Source: Lama guanicoe (taxonomy: Eukaryota). Taken from it: a DNA stretch of 63,684 bases. Of the stretch, positions 50,637 through 63,684 are shown one piece after another. Made by a program: the position numbers and the translations under genes. The DNA is taken from the NCBI GenBank assembly GCA_013239625.1, contig MU054220.1, positions 5,220,903 through 5,284,586 on the forward strand. The letters are read 5' to 3'. A model generated the notes under the pieces. That model did not search any database. It was given only the letters and a program-made list of their open reading frames with translations, and was not told where the DNA came from. Positions within the stretch are counted from its first letter, which is position 1, and every line of letters starts with the position of its first letter.

Positions 50637-51016
50637 TGTCTTAGTTCATTTGGGCTGCTATGACAAAATACTACAGCCTGGGTTACTTAGAAACAACAGA
50701 AATTTATTTCTTACATTTCTGGAGGCTGAAAGTCTGGTATCTGGGTGCCAGAATGGTTGGGTTCTGATCAGGACCCTCTTCCAGATTGCAGACTGCAAGC
50801 TTCTTGTTGCATTCTCCTGTGGTGGAGATCAGGGAGGTGGAACAAGTTTTCTTGTGATGCTTTTAAGGACATTAATCCTATTCATGAGGTTTCTACCTCT
50901 TGACTTCATCTAATCTTTATTAACTCTCAAAGGTCCCACCTCCCAGTATCACCACACTGGGGAGTAGGGTTTCAACATATATATTTTATGGGAATACAAA
51001 TAGTCAATTCATAACT
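50637..51016 (-). mobile_element. MLT1A-type MaLR LTR
   Basis: 'tgtcttagttcatttgggctgctat...aacaacagaaatttatttcttacatttctggaggctg...ggtttcaacatat'. Confidence 0.85.
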
Positions 51017-51647
51017 TCTGATGACATAGATTGTATTGAAGAATAGGATTTGTTTTTCTAGGTTGTGATGTTTATATCATAATGGGGATCTCCTTTGGGA
51101 AAAAACAGTCACCTTATAAAGACCCATAAGAATGTATTTATTAGAACGTTTATTGGCTTAAGGAAAGGAGGATGACACATACTCAGAAACTTGATACCAA
51201 GGAGGATAATAGATGAAGTAAAGAAGCAAAAATATAACCAGATTATATTAATCTGGTATTTACAATTTTCAAAGAGTTTCCATGTGATTTCATAAGATTC
51301 TAACAACAATACTCTGAATTTTTCAGAAATAATGAAGATCTACATTTCTCAGATGAAGAATATGAATCCCAGAGAGATTAAGTAGTTTGTCTTAGGTCAC
51401 ACAGTAATTAAAGAACATGTCTGAGACTAGAATCTAGATCTCTTGATTATAGTTCTATATTCCCATACAACATGGATTTGAGTTACACAAGTCCACTTAT
51501 ACATGGATTTTTTTTCAATAAATATACAGTTGTCCCTCTGTCTTAGTGTGATGGATAAAAAGAGTGGAACAAACTTGTAAGGATAACATTGACAAAGCTA
51601 TGAAGAATCAGTGCAGCTCAGAGAAATGTATACTACAGAAAACAGAG

Positions 51648-53136
51648 GGCTTCCCTCCCAGGCTTCAGACAATACTACAAAGCTACAGTAATTAAAACAG
51701 CATGGTTCTGGCACAAAAACAGACATATGGATCAATGGAGCAGAACAGAAAGCCCAGAAATAAACACACGTACCTACGATCAATTAATCTTTGACAAAGG
51801 AGGCAAAAATGTACAATGGAGAAGACAGTCTCTTTGACAAGTGGTTTGGGAAAGGTGGACAGTTACATGAAAATCAGTGAAATTAGAATACTACTTCACA
51901 CCATACACAAAAATAAACTCAAAATGGTTTAAAGGTATAAACATAAGACAGGCACCATAAAACTTCTAGAAGAGATCATAGGCAAAACATTCTCTGATAT
52001 AAATTATAGCAATGTTCTAGGGCAGTCCACTGAGACAATAGAAATAAAAACAAAAATTAAAAAATGGAAACTAATTAAACTTATAAGCTTTTGCACAGAA
52101 AAGGAAACCATAAATAAAATGAAACAACAACCTGCAGAATGGGAGAAAATTTTTGCAGATGATGCCACTGACAAGGGCTTAATTTCCAGAATATACAAGT
52201 AGCTCATACAACTCTAACAAAACAAAAAAACCCCACAAACAACCCAATCCAAAAATGGGCAGAAGGCTAAACAAACATTTCTCCATACAAATGGCCAATA
52301 GACACATGAAAAAATACTCAGTATTACTAAGTATCAGAGAAATACAAATGAGGAATGCAAATCAAAGCTATAATGAGGTATCACCTCACACAAGTCAGAA
52401 TAGTTATCATTAAAAAGTCCACAAACTAAATGTTAGAGAGGTTGTGGAGAAAAGGGAAAGCTCCTACAAATGTTGATAGGAATGTAGTTTGGAGCAGTCA
52501 TTATGGAAAACAGTATGGATATTCCTTAAAAAACTGAAAATAGACCTACTCTATGATCCAGCAATTCCACTCCTAGGCATATATTTGGAGGAACCTCTAA
52601 TTTGAAAAGATACATCCACCCCAATGTTTGTAGCAGCACTATTTACAATAGCCAACAACCTAAATGTCCATCAACAGATTACTTTATAAAGAAGATGTGG
52701 TACACACATATACAAACACACACACATACACACATACACACATACACACACACATACACATACACACACACAATGGAATACTACCAGCCATAACAAAGAA
52801 TAAAATAATGCCATTTGTAGCAACATGGATAGACATGGAGACTGTCATACTAAGTGAAGTAAGCCAGAAAGCGAAGGAAAATACCATATGGGGTGAGAGA
52901 GATAAATGAGAGTTTAGGATTTGCAGATACTAACTACTATATATAAAATAAATAACCAACATGGTCCTACTGTGTAGCACAGGGAACTATATTCAATACC
53001 TTGTAATGGCCTATAATGAAAAATAAAGTGTAAAGGAATATATCTATATATCTATATCTGTATCTATATCTATATCACTATGCTGTACACCAGAAATTAA
53101 CACATAGTAAACCTACTATACTTTAATTATAAAAAA
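51648..53136 (+). mobile_element. 5'-truncated L1 (ORF2 3' part, 3'UTR, poly(A)), frameshifted
   Basis: ORF2 DNA 'tactacaaagctacagtaattaaaacagcatgg...atcaatggagcagaacagaaagcccagaaataaac'. TSD agaaaacagag (51637-51647 and 53137-53147). Confidence 0.92.
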
Positions 53137-53429
53137 AGAAAACAGAGTTTCACTTATCCATATTTAAAGCAAGAAGAACCAGGAAGGGATGGGCTCACTG
53201 CTTGGGCAGATGGTGTATGGTTCACTGATGAAAGGGAGGAGAGTGATTCAGTGTCTGTTTTGTTTCCCTCGTCTACATGAAAGAAATTATCTTCATTTTC
53301 GAAGGAGCAGGAAAGCATGATTAACCAACCTGAATTAATATATGTAAACACTTAAGACAGTGCCTGCAGCATAGTAAGTACTCAACACATGTGTTAAAAT
53401 TTCCCTTTCATTTTTTAAATAAAATTGCC

Positions 53430-55540
53430 AGAACTGAAAAAGGTGCTAGATGATTGAAATGGGAAAATCACCAATTTTCAAAATTGGATGAATTCTGAAA
53501 GGAACACATCAATGAATGTGACATCAATCCCTGGTCAAATTTAGGAACAAAATATTTAGGGATGGATTGTGAGCAGTTTGGAAAAGAGGGTGAAATTACT
53601 GAAAATAAAGAGTTGCAAATAACAAAGTCTGGCTAGACTAATCTGATTTCCTTTGTTTGGTTTTGTCATTGAATGTTTTTATTAGAAGAATGTACTAGAT
53701 GGAAAATATCTGTATTTTAGTAAAATATTGGAAAAACTGTCTGTAAGCTGTGCTTTCTCGTGCATTTTGCACATGCTCTGCTCTTTGGAAGCTCGTCCTC
53801 TCCTCATCTGCTCATTATTGCCTACTTATATGAGGCAGGATAATACTGTTGGAATATTAACCAACATTTTTTAATCCTTTGCAACCTTGGCCCTCCCTGA
53901 GTCAGCTAGACTGTCTGCAACCATTATTTTAGGTAAGTGAAGACACATCAAAAAAGCAGTGGAAAAAAATAGTCTGTTGTTGGCTTTGGATTTCAAAAGT
54001 CTAACTCTTCAGGGAAACAGAAAGGATTCTGGGCTAGAAAAAAGATTTGGAAGAATACTTTGATGTATAAAAATAAAGCCTTTCTTCACTGAGACTAGAT
54101 AATGAAAAATAGAGGCATGAGATGAGAGGGCTACATCAGTGAGTGCCTGCCACATGGCACTGCTACTTGACCTTCCTGTTGTCCTTTATGACCTCCCTTC
54201 CACAGCAGTATTGTCCACTGATAGTCTGGCACAAGTGATGCCTGTCTGTTCCATGTATGTCTCACCCTATGTAAAGTCCCCCTTTAATGCCTATGACACT
54301 TACAAGTCTAGAGCTGGAGAATGGGAAACTGAGAACCCAACCTAGAGGGGAGGAAATTGTGTGGAAGGGCCTGTACTTGGTAGACCTAAGCAGAATCAGT
54401 GTTTTCCCTTCTTTATCACCTTGCTGTTAAACTACAGTAAAAATCTCTAACTTTTCCCATTCTTGAGACATAACTCAAAAAAATGAGTGAGGGGGCAGTG
54501 GAAAACCTTATTTTTTTGAGATTTCCTCAGCAAACTTAGGTAGAGTCCAATGTTTCTTCTTGAGTTCCTCTTAGACTCCAAGTCCACTTGTATCATAGGA
54601 CGCATCACAGGGAACTGCTTTATTAATTGCATGATCATTTCCTCATTTGACTGTGAGTCTCTCAAGGGCAGTGGGTAGATTCTACTGTATTTGTATTTCT
54701 TGGCACACAGTAAAGACTAAGCATGTGTTTAATGGGTTGAATTGAAGATGGTTAAATATATGGAATTACCTAGGTTCATAAGTGATGAGACATATACCCA
54801 AAGAATGTTGACTAATGAATTAATGTTGGTTTGAACTCTCTCTCTGAAGTAAGTCCTGTTTCTATTAATGACTAGAATGATATTATAACCCAATGATGGC
54901 ATTTTGGAGTCATTTGGAAGGGAAAGTTAATGCACTGGATGAGTGTCAGAATCTAAAGAGGGAGGTATATTGAAACAATGAATCAAATATAATTAATTGG
55001 GAGTATATATAAAATACTGCAGTTTGATTTTTAAAAATCGACTGTATTACAAATTAGCTGGATATGTAGTTTAAAATAAAGTATTTATTAAAAGTCTTGC
55101 CAGAGATTTAGTTGATAAGCTTGTTATGGACCAAAGTATGATGCAACTTTTACTATATTATTGAATGCAATTTGGGGTATTATATATAGAAATAAAGGGA
55201 AGAGATGCACTAAGGCAAGGGTCCTAATGTATTCCTCACTAATGAGATCATGGCTGAAATACTGGGTATAGTTTCACACATAATATTTAAAAAGGATAAT
55301 GCTGAAGAATTTAGAAAAGAGTATTTGTGGAAACTACACTTTTATGAGAATTGAGAAGGGGACTGGGAGGTAGACTAATCCCGTAAAATTAGATATTTCT
55401 AGCAATGAAGTGGCAGCTTTGGGACAGTCTTTACCTCACTTCACTGGAGTTCAAGCTGAGAACAGGAAGACCCATCAGCACATGGGATCCCTGAAATGCA
55501 TAGGTGATTGGATTCGGATGAGCTTTAAAGTGGTCTCCAG
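53430..55540 (+). mobile_element. Highly decayed L3/CR1 pieces (about 53430-53745 and 54730-55540)
   Basis: CR1-like RT motifs 'acatcaatccctggtcaaat', 'aacaaagtctggctagactaatctgatttcc', 'atatctgtattttagtaaa', 'agttaatgcactggatga'. Confidence 0.5.
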
Positions 55541-56879
55541 TTTAAAGACAAGGCACTCTTTCTATATGTGCTCTATGGCTTAGCTGGAGAGTACTCTGTG
55601 GATGTGGATGGATAGGGTGGACCTTTTGACCAAATGGCAGAAAGTAACGGCGAAAACTACTTAGCTGAGAGCAGAGCTTCCTGGACCTCTTTTACCCCTC
55701 ACTCCGTATGCTGGCCACATAGAAGGCAGAGATCGGGGCTGTCGGACAGTAACTCATGTGAAAGGGAAGGAAATAAATATCCTTGGTGGATATGACCTGT
55801 GAGGAAGAATGATGATGCTACTCGATGGTCCGTGACTCTGTACCTGGAGGAGTAACGGGACCGACTTGATCAATGGGAATGTTTGGGGGAGGGGAAGGGA
55901 TACCGATGATGAAGAGGTAAGTATGGGTCTCATCTGGGAGAATGATGATGTTTTAGCCTCATGGTCCATGGCTCTGAGCCCAGCAGGTGAATTTGGGACA
56001 ATTGATGGCTTCTGACACCCAGGCAGTCGCAGTAGTAATTCTGAGCTATGTGCCATGGCTAAGCAGCTCTCAGTGCTGCAGACAGCTTCATTACTGGGGG
56101 CCCATCCTTCACTGAGCAGCAGACCTTCTTCTATCAGCCAAAGACGAATGAGAAAATCACCCAGGCTCTACACGTTTTCAATATTACCCTCTCTTTGCTG
56201 TCCAGACCAGCTTGGTTTATGTTCTCTGCTGCCTCCCCTGTGAACTATGATGCAGAAGGCCCCTGGCTTCACCCACCCCTCGAATGATATGTGAAACATG
56301 GAAAAGAGGATCTTCTCAAAGGGCTTGGAAAACTGGGTATCTCTGCAGCAATCAAAGAGTCACAGAGTGTGCCCTGGCTTGCCCAGGAATAGGCAGAGGT
56401 TCGCTGCTGCTTTAACTCATCCAAAGGATTCCATTCCGATTTCTGAGCATGGAGTGAATAATGGAACTTTTTCCAAGAATCAGAAAGGGCAAATTAAGCA
56501 AAGCTTAATTTCCTGCCAGGAGGAGGCAAACTCTTATCCTCACGTTAGAGGCAACATGAAATGGTGTACAGTTATGTATTACTTAGTCAAATTCAACATC
56601 CCCTATCTTCAAATTGCAGAGAAGTGCAGTCTCTGAATATGTCTAAATCACAAGGCATACTGATTGTTTTCTTCCCAGTGAGGAAGAAAGGGAAAATGTA
56701 GTCCATGATATAAACCCTTGTGCAGTTTTTTTCTGATATCCTTCTTTCGGAAGCTGCCTCCCAGGCTGTGCTGCAGGTGCTGCCTCCCCTAGCACCCTTG
56801 CCGAGCACCCCATGCAGTTGGGAGTGTGACCAGAAGCCCTGATCCTCTCAGATGAATCCACACTGAGTCACCCCTTCAC

Positions 56880-57338
56880 CTCTGAATTTAGATAAAATTC
56901 CACACCTTGGGGAACAGAACCAGCCTTCCTGGGCAATCGTCAAAGGGTCAGATAACAGAACCCAGAAGTGTGGAAGAGCCAACTTTCATGGTGGAAATTT
57001 CCACCAGTGTAAATGGGAACTGGGAAGATAAATTACCACTCTTTCCCCCTCTTAGGTGGATTGCTCCAAGGTGGGATTTTCCTTGCCAACCTTCTGGAGA
57101 AGTCCTGCAAGCTGAGGGAACATGCCTGGTGAGGGCGGTGCAGTGTCTTTTCCAGGCTCACTGTGAGGTGGTGGCTGGCATGGTAGTGCACTGCTCTCAC
57201 TGTGCCACATCTTTCCTCACCTCCCTTCTCCTCATTTCCTTCCCTGTACCACTCTGGTCTTGCATCTCCTCAATAAAGTACCAGCCCTTGAGTCCTTCCC
57301 TCAGGTTCTGCTTTTCTGGATGACCTGGGCTAAGGCAG
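56880..57338 (+). mobile_element. LTR16/LTR33-like ERVL LTR
   Basis: 3' end 'ctcctcaataaagtaccagcccttgagtccttccctcaggttctgcttttctgg...gggctaaggca'. Confidence 0.6.
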
Positions 57339-60300
57339 AGATAAACAAGTCAGGAAGCTCACTCATTCACTCACTCACTTACTTACTCATTCGAGGTTTA
57401 CTGAGTAGCTACTGAGTGTTGAGCGTTTGCTAGTCTCTGGGGCATAATGATGGGTATAACATGGTCCCTACTTTAAAATAACTCACAGTCCAGTTTAGAG
57501 ACATGGACATGAGATCAGGTAAAGCTTTCCAAAATTAGGGGAAGAGATCTTTATGGTAACATATTTGGGATAGAATGTTGTGCTTGGAAATCTGACTTCA
57601 AGAATGCTGTAAATGTCTTAGTATTGCGGTCCCAAGCTAATGGGATCTGGAATCAGTTTCTCTCTGTTATACCAGAATTGGGCTAAGGCAGAAGCTGAAA
57701 ACAGAAGTCTTGGAGTTCCCACCTTCTAAGGAGAGCCACAGGAAATCGCCTATTATTGGGCCAGACACCTCCCTGAAGGTTTTTGAGAGTTGGAAGAAAT
57801 GATTTCTATTTTACTGCCTCCCCACAGCCCCATTTGAATCTAAATGAAGAGGGGATGGAGCAGGGACTAGAACTGTCAAGTGACTGACTGATTTTATGGT
57901 GAGAGGTGTGTTCTTAGAGAGAAGCCTCCGTCCCTTTCCTCTTGGAATGCAGCAGAGGCAAGTAAAGCAGCAAATGAATCACCCATAAGAAGCAGGAGCA
58001 CTTAAAAGAAGGGCCATCTAATTCCTTAGTGAAATACTTGCTGAGCTAAAAATTCATCTGACGCACCCTGGTGCTGCCTCCAAAACACTCAGGGCAAATT
58101 CTTGGGAGAGTGGGCATGGGTGTTAATGAACATTAAGACTCACACCTGGATTTTAGGGGCAGAAAGAATATGCCTGGAGGTTTCATATTCTTTCTGCCTG
58201 CATTTAATTGGCCAGAACCCAGTCCTGTGTCCTGAATTTAATTTTACCTGATGCTTGGAAACCTCTTCCTGTATGTCTAGCAAGAAGAATGACTTGAACA
58301 TATAGCATTGTTTCTGTCACAGGCAGCCACTTTGAAATGCAGAAAATTGTACAATTTAGATGGAAGACAAGATTCTAGTGGTTTTGTAGTTAGGATAATA
58401 TCTATGATGTGACGGCCACTATTCAGTAGTTCATTCTTGTTTTCTCAAACAACCAACAATGTTTTACAGGTTGGATGTCTGAGAGAGCATGCTCTGACTT
58501 GTCCAGGATTAGAATCTAGTATTTAATCCTGGCAACTCTATGACATGGGTGTCATGACCTTCATGTTCTAGAAGAAACAAAAGAGCTAACAACTTAGTGC
58601 CACAACTAATAGGTGGTAGATTTATTGTTAATATCTGTCTCTGTCCCACTTTAATATTCCTGCTGTTTCTATTATACCCATATCATCTGGCCATCTTGAG
58701 TTCTTAAAATCCAAGGCCTTTCTCCTTCTCTTTGCTCAGGATGAATTTCCTAAGCCTCATTTTGAAGAGTCTATGATGACCCCCTATTGACTTTTCACAT
58801 GACATATATTCACTGTGCCAAGGATCATGCTGCCAAGCATCAGAGTTTATTGTTCCATCTGGCTATTATTATTCCATTTGCACAAGATCCTGGTGTGTAT
58901 GGTTCTTTTTTGGGTATAAAGTTGTGGATTTAATGGTTTGATGATCTGCTGAGCTGCATTTGGTGCATTGGATAATTTCCTTCATTTGATTCTGATGTTT
59001 GTCAAGACTGGGTATTCACCAGTTCATACAATTTTGATTTTTGACTCATAGAACTGGAGCAGATGGGCCTGGGGTTCAGTAATTCAGCTACTGCTGATCA
59101 GTTTCATATCTTTGTTCATTTATTAATGGGAATATTGCTGTTGAATCTTTCTCTACAATTCCTGTTAGTCACCTCAAACAATTTTTTAATATTAATACAC
59201 TGTCATTTTAATCTCAGATTATAGTTTTCAGGTTGCATGGAAGCTCAGTAAAAATACTTTAAAATAATTGTGTAGTTCTGTTAAATAAGCATCACAGTAT
59301 CAGAATTAGATGTTGGGGGCTTTGGAACCCAAAATATGGTCTTTTTTTTTAAATAAGTTTAAATAACAGCAACACCTGTTTTAATTTGCCAGTTGGGTGG
59401 AGCCATCAGAAGAAGCTTAAATGGAGGAAGATTCATAGGCAACATTTAGGTATGATTCTAGTTACTGGAATGAAATGAGGAAATTAGCAAAAGCAATTTT
59501 GTCTTTCCTTTGATTGTCCTTAAAGAGTGACCACTGGCGAATTTCCTTACAAAATCATATATCCAGCGAATGTGCATCAGTGACCTGCTATGCAGGCCTC
59601 TATGAGCAAAAATGATGGATTCCCAGACCTTTTAAAGTGCTCTCAGTCTTAATTGGTGTAGAAGTATCATTCTATATCAACACAGAATGATAAAGGCAAT
59701 AATATGATATGTCCAATATACAATGATGGCACAAAAGAGGGAGGATTAATTGGATTGGATATTAGGTTTCACAAATGTTTAATTGATATTTAACCTCTCA
59801 GCGAACTGTTTGTATTACCATTCCCTCTGCTTAAATAATGCATTAGGGTAATCAATTTCTACTTTTCTTTCTCTGATTCCTGAGTCTTTCTCTATGAGGC
59901 TAGAGGTCTGTACCTTAGGGGTTAGGTCTAGAGAGATTAGCAGTATTAGAGAAGTTGTACTTGGCTGTGCTTTCTTTGTCATGCTCCTTATTTTTTTTTA
60001 CCTATTGGGTGCTAGCCATGTGTGTAGAATAAGTTCTCGCCCATATAGACAAGATTTCTTTGACTGAGTGCTGCTGCATGTAGATCTCTGAATGGCCAGG
60101 AAATGGGAAATAGAGTTCCCTTCAGGGTAATTTGCCACTTCACAGGTTGTTTGTCAGAATTTGCAAGTAGATCAGTCCTTGCAAACAGTGGAGTATTTCG
60201 ATTTTAATTCCTTTTTTTGTAATTAGGATACATTTTTTATTAAGAGCTGCTAGAAATCAACAGTTTTCCACCCATAAATTTAGCATCTTATGACACAGTG

Positions 60301-61359
60301 AGAATTACAATGGTAGGAAGAGAGGGGACTATGCAAACAAAACAAAGACATAAAATGTAATGAGGGAAAAGCAGCCAGCTTGCTGCAACTGTAAAGAAGA
60401 AGAAAACTTCAGGGAGGTCTGATTTATAGGGCATAATTATTATTGGCTGATTTAGAAGACTGGGGCAAAGATAGGAAGCCGCTAAAGTGGCTGTTTTTGC
60501 AAACTGACTTGAAGAATCCTTTTCTTCTATGCCATTATAAAATAATAATTCTTGGTGAATATGTCTCCTTTCACTTAAGAATTTACAAGAACTTGAAAAA
60601 TACTGCTTGAATGGAATTATGATGCCTGAGCAGCACATTCAGACAATTATTCTAAATGTAAAAGCAAAAACCAGGAACAGGTCAGGGATTTGTGAGAAGT
60701 TGCCAAAGGGATCAAAGCAAGAAAATAGACCCTATTCCTAACTTCTGATTTCCTAGATTGAGAAATAGTTGTTCCCACAGTTAATCTTTAATTCTAATTA
60801 GGGTAAATTAATCTTCACCATACATTTCATCCATTAATTCATAATTTACTTGTTCACCAGACATTTATTGAGCACCAGCTATATGCCAGATACAGATTTA
60901 TGTGCTAAGAATACAAGGATGAGTAAGACATGATCTCTCCCATCAAAGAGTTCATATATTTAAAGGGATGAATTTGAATGAATGTGATAAGTTAAGATAT
61001 GTATTTCCCCAGCTGTGAAATACTGATTAATAAAGTGCTTAGACTCAGAAATCCAGATGTTATCTTTTTGTTGTTGATAGTGCATTTTTTCTCTAAAATA
61101 TAGGATGATTTTCCTGGTTATTCATACAATTTTTAAAAGTTGCAACTTTAATAAGATATATTTCAACAAACTCTTAGATGAGAATAAATGGAAATTCAAA
61201 CATCAGAGGTAACTGTAAAGAGCATTGAATTGGGAGTTGGGAGATCTTGGTTATAAGTTTGTTTCTTTTACTAACCCACTGCATAAATTAAGGTGAGAGA
61301 TTGCACCTCTTTAGGGTTTATATTCCTTGTTTCCAAACACTGAATTAGGAACTAGTTGA

Positions 61360-61690
61360 TGGGCTCTCTAAGATTCTCAATAAATAAATTAAAAAATATG
61401 TATTGAGTACTTTTGATAAGCCTAAATTTTTCAAGGAACTGGGATACAGAGGTGAACAAAATAGACAATAATATTGAGGAAAATCAAGAAAGTGTCATAA
61501 TATTCTGGAAGCCAAGTGTAGAAGATGTTTCTAGGAAGAGTGAGGGGGTCAACTGTCAAAAGATGCTAATAGATTAGATTAAATGGGAATAAGAGTTGAC
61601 CATTGGGTTTAGCAGAGTTGGTCATTGATGACCTTGACATGAGTAAATTCAAGGGAGTAATGGGAATAAAGATGTGATTGGAGTAAGTTC
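61360..61690 (-). mobile_element. L2 fragment
   Basis: 'atatgtattgagtac...gggatacagaggtgaacaaaatagaca...ggaagccaagtgtagaag...ggtcattgatgaccttgaca'. Confidence 0.65.
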
Positions 61691-61699
61691 TTGAATTCC

Positions 61700-63060
61700 T
61701 GGGTTAAATTCGGCTTAGACATGGTTTTTAAAAATGCACTGCTGATTTGCTTTGCTAATAGGGTTTATGATTATAAGTGAGATTTTTTTTCTCATTCATA
61801 TTTTTCTTTTCTTATACTGACTGTTTTGATTTTGATATTATTTTAAAAATTAAGCTCATAAAATGAGTTGAGGAATGTCCCCCTTTATTCCAGACTCTCT
61901 GGAAAAATCTGTATAGATGAAAATGATCTATTCCTTGAATTTTGATAGAATTTACTTCTAAATGCTCATAAGTATCTCTCTGTGTGTGTGTGTGTGTGTG
62001 CGTGTGTGTGTGTATGTGTAGGTATTGATTTAATTTCTTTAATGCAGTCATTATATATATGTTTTTAACTTCTTCCTGAGTCAGTTTTAGACCTTTTCTC
62101 AACATTTTCAAATTTGCTGACATATTTTTCTTAGTAGTTTCTTTTTAAAAAAATTTTAGCCATGTCTTAATTGTAATAATATCCCTTTTTTATTCTTGGT
62201 ATATCTCACTTGTGCCTCTTTTTCTTAATCTTAACGTTTTTCTTTTATGTTTTTGTTTTATACTTAATTGGTATAATACTCATCTTTGTTATTTCCTTTC
62301 TGAGTATTTAGTTTCTAGATTTTTCTAACATCTTAAGCTCATGAACTTTAGTTTTCTTTTTTTATAATACAAAGATTTAAAGCTATGAATTTATCTCTAA
62401 ATATCACTATAATGGTATTCTTCAGGCTCTGATAAAAAGTATTTTCATTATCATTCAGTTCTAAGTATGTTCTAATTATTCATTTTTTGACCATGAGTTG
62501 TTTTAAAGTATGTTGTTTATATTTAATAATTTTCTTTAATTATCTTTTTGAGTTATTTTAACATTAATTTTTCCCTTAGTGAAAATGAATTCAGAAGATG
62601 TAGTCTATACTAAGTCCATTTTTTGGTTTTTTAGACTTGCTTTGTGGCCTGATACATAGTCATCTTAAAAAAAAACTTTAATGATCTTTAAAAATATTTA
62701 TTTTGTAAATGAATACATTATTTTAGTTGTTTACTCTATCAATTATTGAGAGAAGTAGATTGAAATTTTCTCATATTGATGGTGGATTTGTAAATTTCTT
62801 ATAATTCATACAGATTTTACTTTATGTATTAAGATTATACTATGAAGTGTATACAGATTCTTTTATTTTTCTAGTGAATTGAACTTTTAATTACTACATT
62901 ATATTTAATGTCTTTAACCTGCAAAATTTTTTTTGACTTATAGTATAATTTGCATAATATTGATATAACCATACCAGCTTTCTTTAGGCTAATATTTGAT
63001 TAGGATACTTCATTCTTTCTTTGTACTTTTATTTTTAGATGAATCCCTTGTAATGTATAT
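61700..63060 (-). mobile_element. Ancient L1M fragment with an embedded (TG)n (61981-62020)
   Basis: 'ctcataaaatgagttgagga', 'aaagctatgaatttatctctaa', 'gacttgctttgtggcctg', 'tattgatataaccataccagctttcttt'. Confidence 0.7.
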
Positions 63061-63065
63061 TCATA

Positions 63066-63350
63066 TTAAAATTTTTTTTAAAATTGAACTGTAGTTGATT
63101 TACAATATTGTTAGTTTTAGGTGTACAGCAAAGTGATTCAGTTATGCCTACGCAGAGTAGGCATTTTAAGAAAAAAGTTTTGTTGAAATATAAATGGGAT
63201 ACAATAAATTGCACATATTTAAATTTTATATATTTTGATATATATATATACACACTCCTGAAACCATTACTATAATCAATATAATGAACATATTTGACAC
63301 ACCAAAATATTCCTGATAACACTTGTAAAGCCCTGTCTTCCATCCCTCTC
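63066..63350 (-). mobile_element. Two short L1 3'-end fragments (about 63066-63145 younger; about 63165-63350 older L1M)
   Basis: 'ttgaactgtagttgatttacaatattg...ggtgtacagcaaagtgattcagttat' and 'ttgaaatataa...aaattgcacatatttaa...gaaaccattacta'. Confidence 0.65.
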
Positions 63351-63394
63351 TTTGAATAGGGAGATATTCCTGGATTGCATCTCTGAAATCTTGC

Positions 63395-63595
63395 TAGTGG
63401 CTGCCAGATACTGATCTGTGAGCCACTGCTGTCAGTACTGCATCAGAATTCTCTGAGATAACTCATTTAAAAAGCCCATAGTTCTAGGATACTTCCCTAG
63501 AATTTCAGATACATTTTGTCTGGGGTAAGTAAGGCTTGTGTTTCAAAAAGACTCTTTAAGGATATTCTTATAGGAAATTGAATTGAGAAACACTG
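63395..63595. mobile_element. MER5-family hAT MITE
   Basis: 'gcatcagaattctctg...tctggggt...tgtttcaaaaagactct...ttgagaaacactg'. Confidence 0.55.
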
Positions 63596-63684
63596 TAGTA
63601 AATGATAGGCATCACATTCAGGTTTGATGGAGTTTTGGATTTCAACACAGTAATAATAACTAATTATGATAATATTTATTAGAC

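Noticed and set aside
180..63343. The remaining short ORFs in the six-frame track
   Set aside because: Their lengths are what chance gives in mammalian DNA, many overlap repeats or microsatellites, and I recognise no homology.
1..63684. CRISPR arrays, operons or other prokaryotic systems
   Set aside because: There is no regularly spaced repeat-spacer array or dense coding; the sequence is CpG-depleted mammalian DNA.

Overview
Mammalian nuclear DNA, most likely a camelid (camel, llama or alpaca), judged from a Vic-1-type tRNA-derived SINE and camelid-type L1 3' ends. No host protein-coding exon is recognisable. The window looks like a large intron or intergenic tract filled with transposable elements: old MIR, L2, L3/CR1, MaLR/ERVL LTRs and hAT/Tigger MITEs, plus younger ERV1 solo LTRs, L1 fragments and SINEs, many with readable target-site duplications (TSDs). 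Most L1s and LTRs are on the minus strand, which hints at a host gene on the plus strand. The only long real ORF is L1 ORF1p (20305-21144, minus). It lies in the most notable element, a TSD-bounded L1 of about 2.2 kb that keeps the 5'UTR, ORF1 and 3' end but lacks nearly all of ORF2 (half-L1/HAL1-like, or a spliced-L1 copy). Other oddities are a poly(A)-only insertion with a perfect 17-bp TSD, two ultra-truncated SINE insertions, a 39-bp locally templated copy, an orphan box C/D snoRNA-like cassette, and candidate enhancers and exons. Repeat subfamily names come from recalled consensus sequences, and boundaries of old elements are approximate. I found no convincing evidence of a wholly new multi-gene system.
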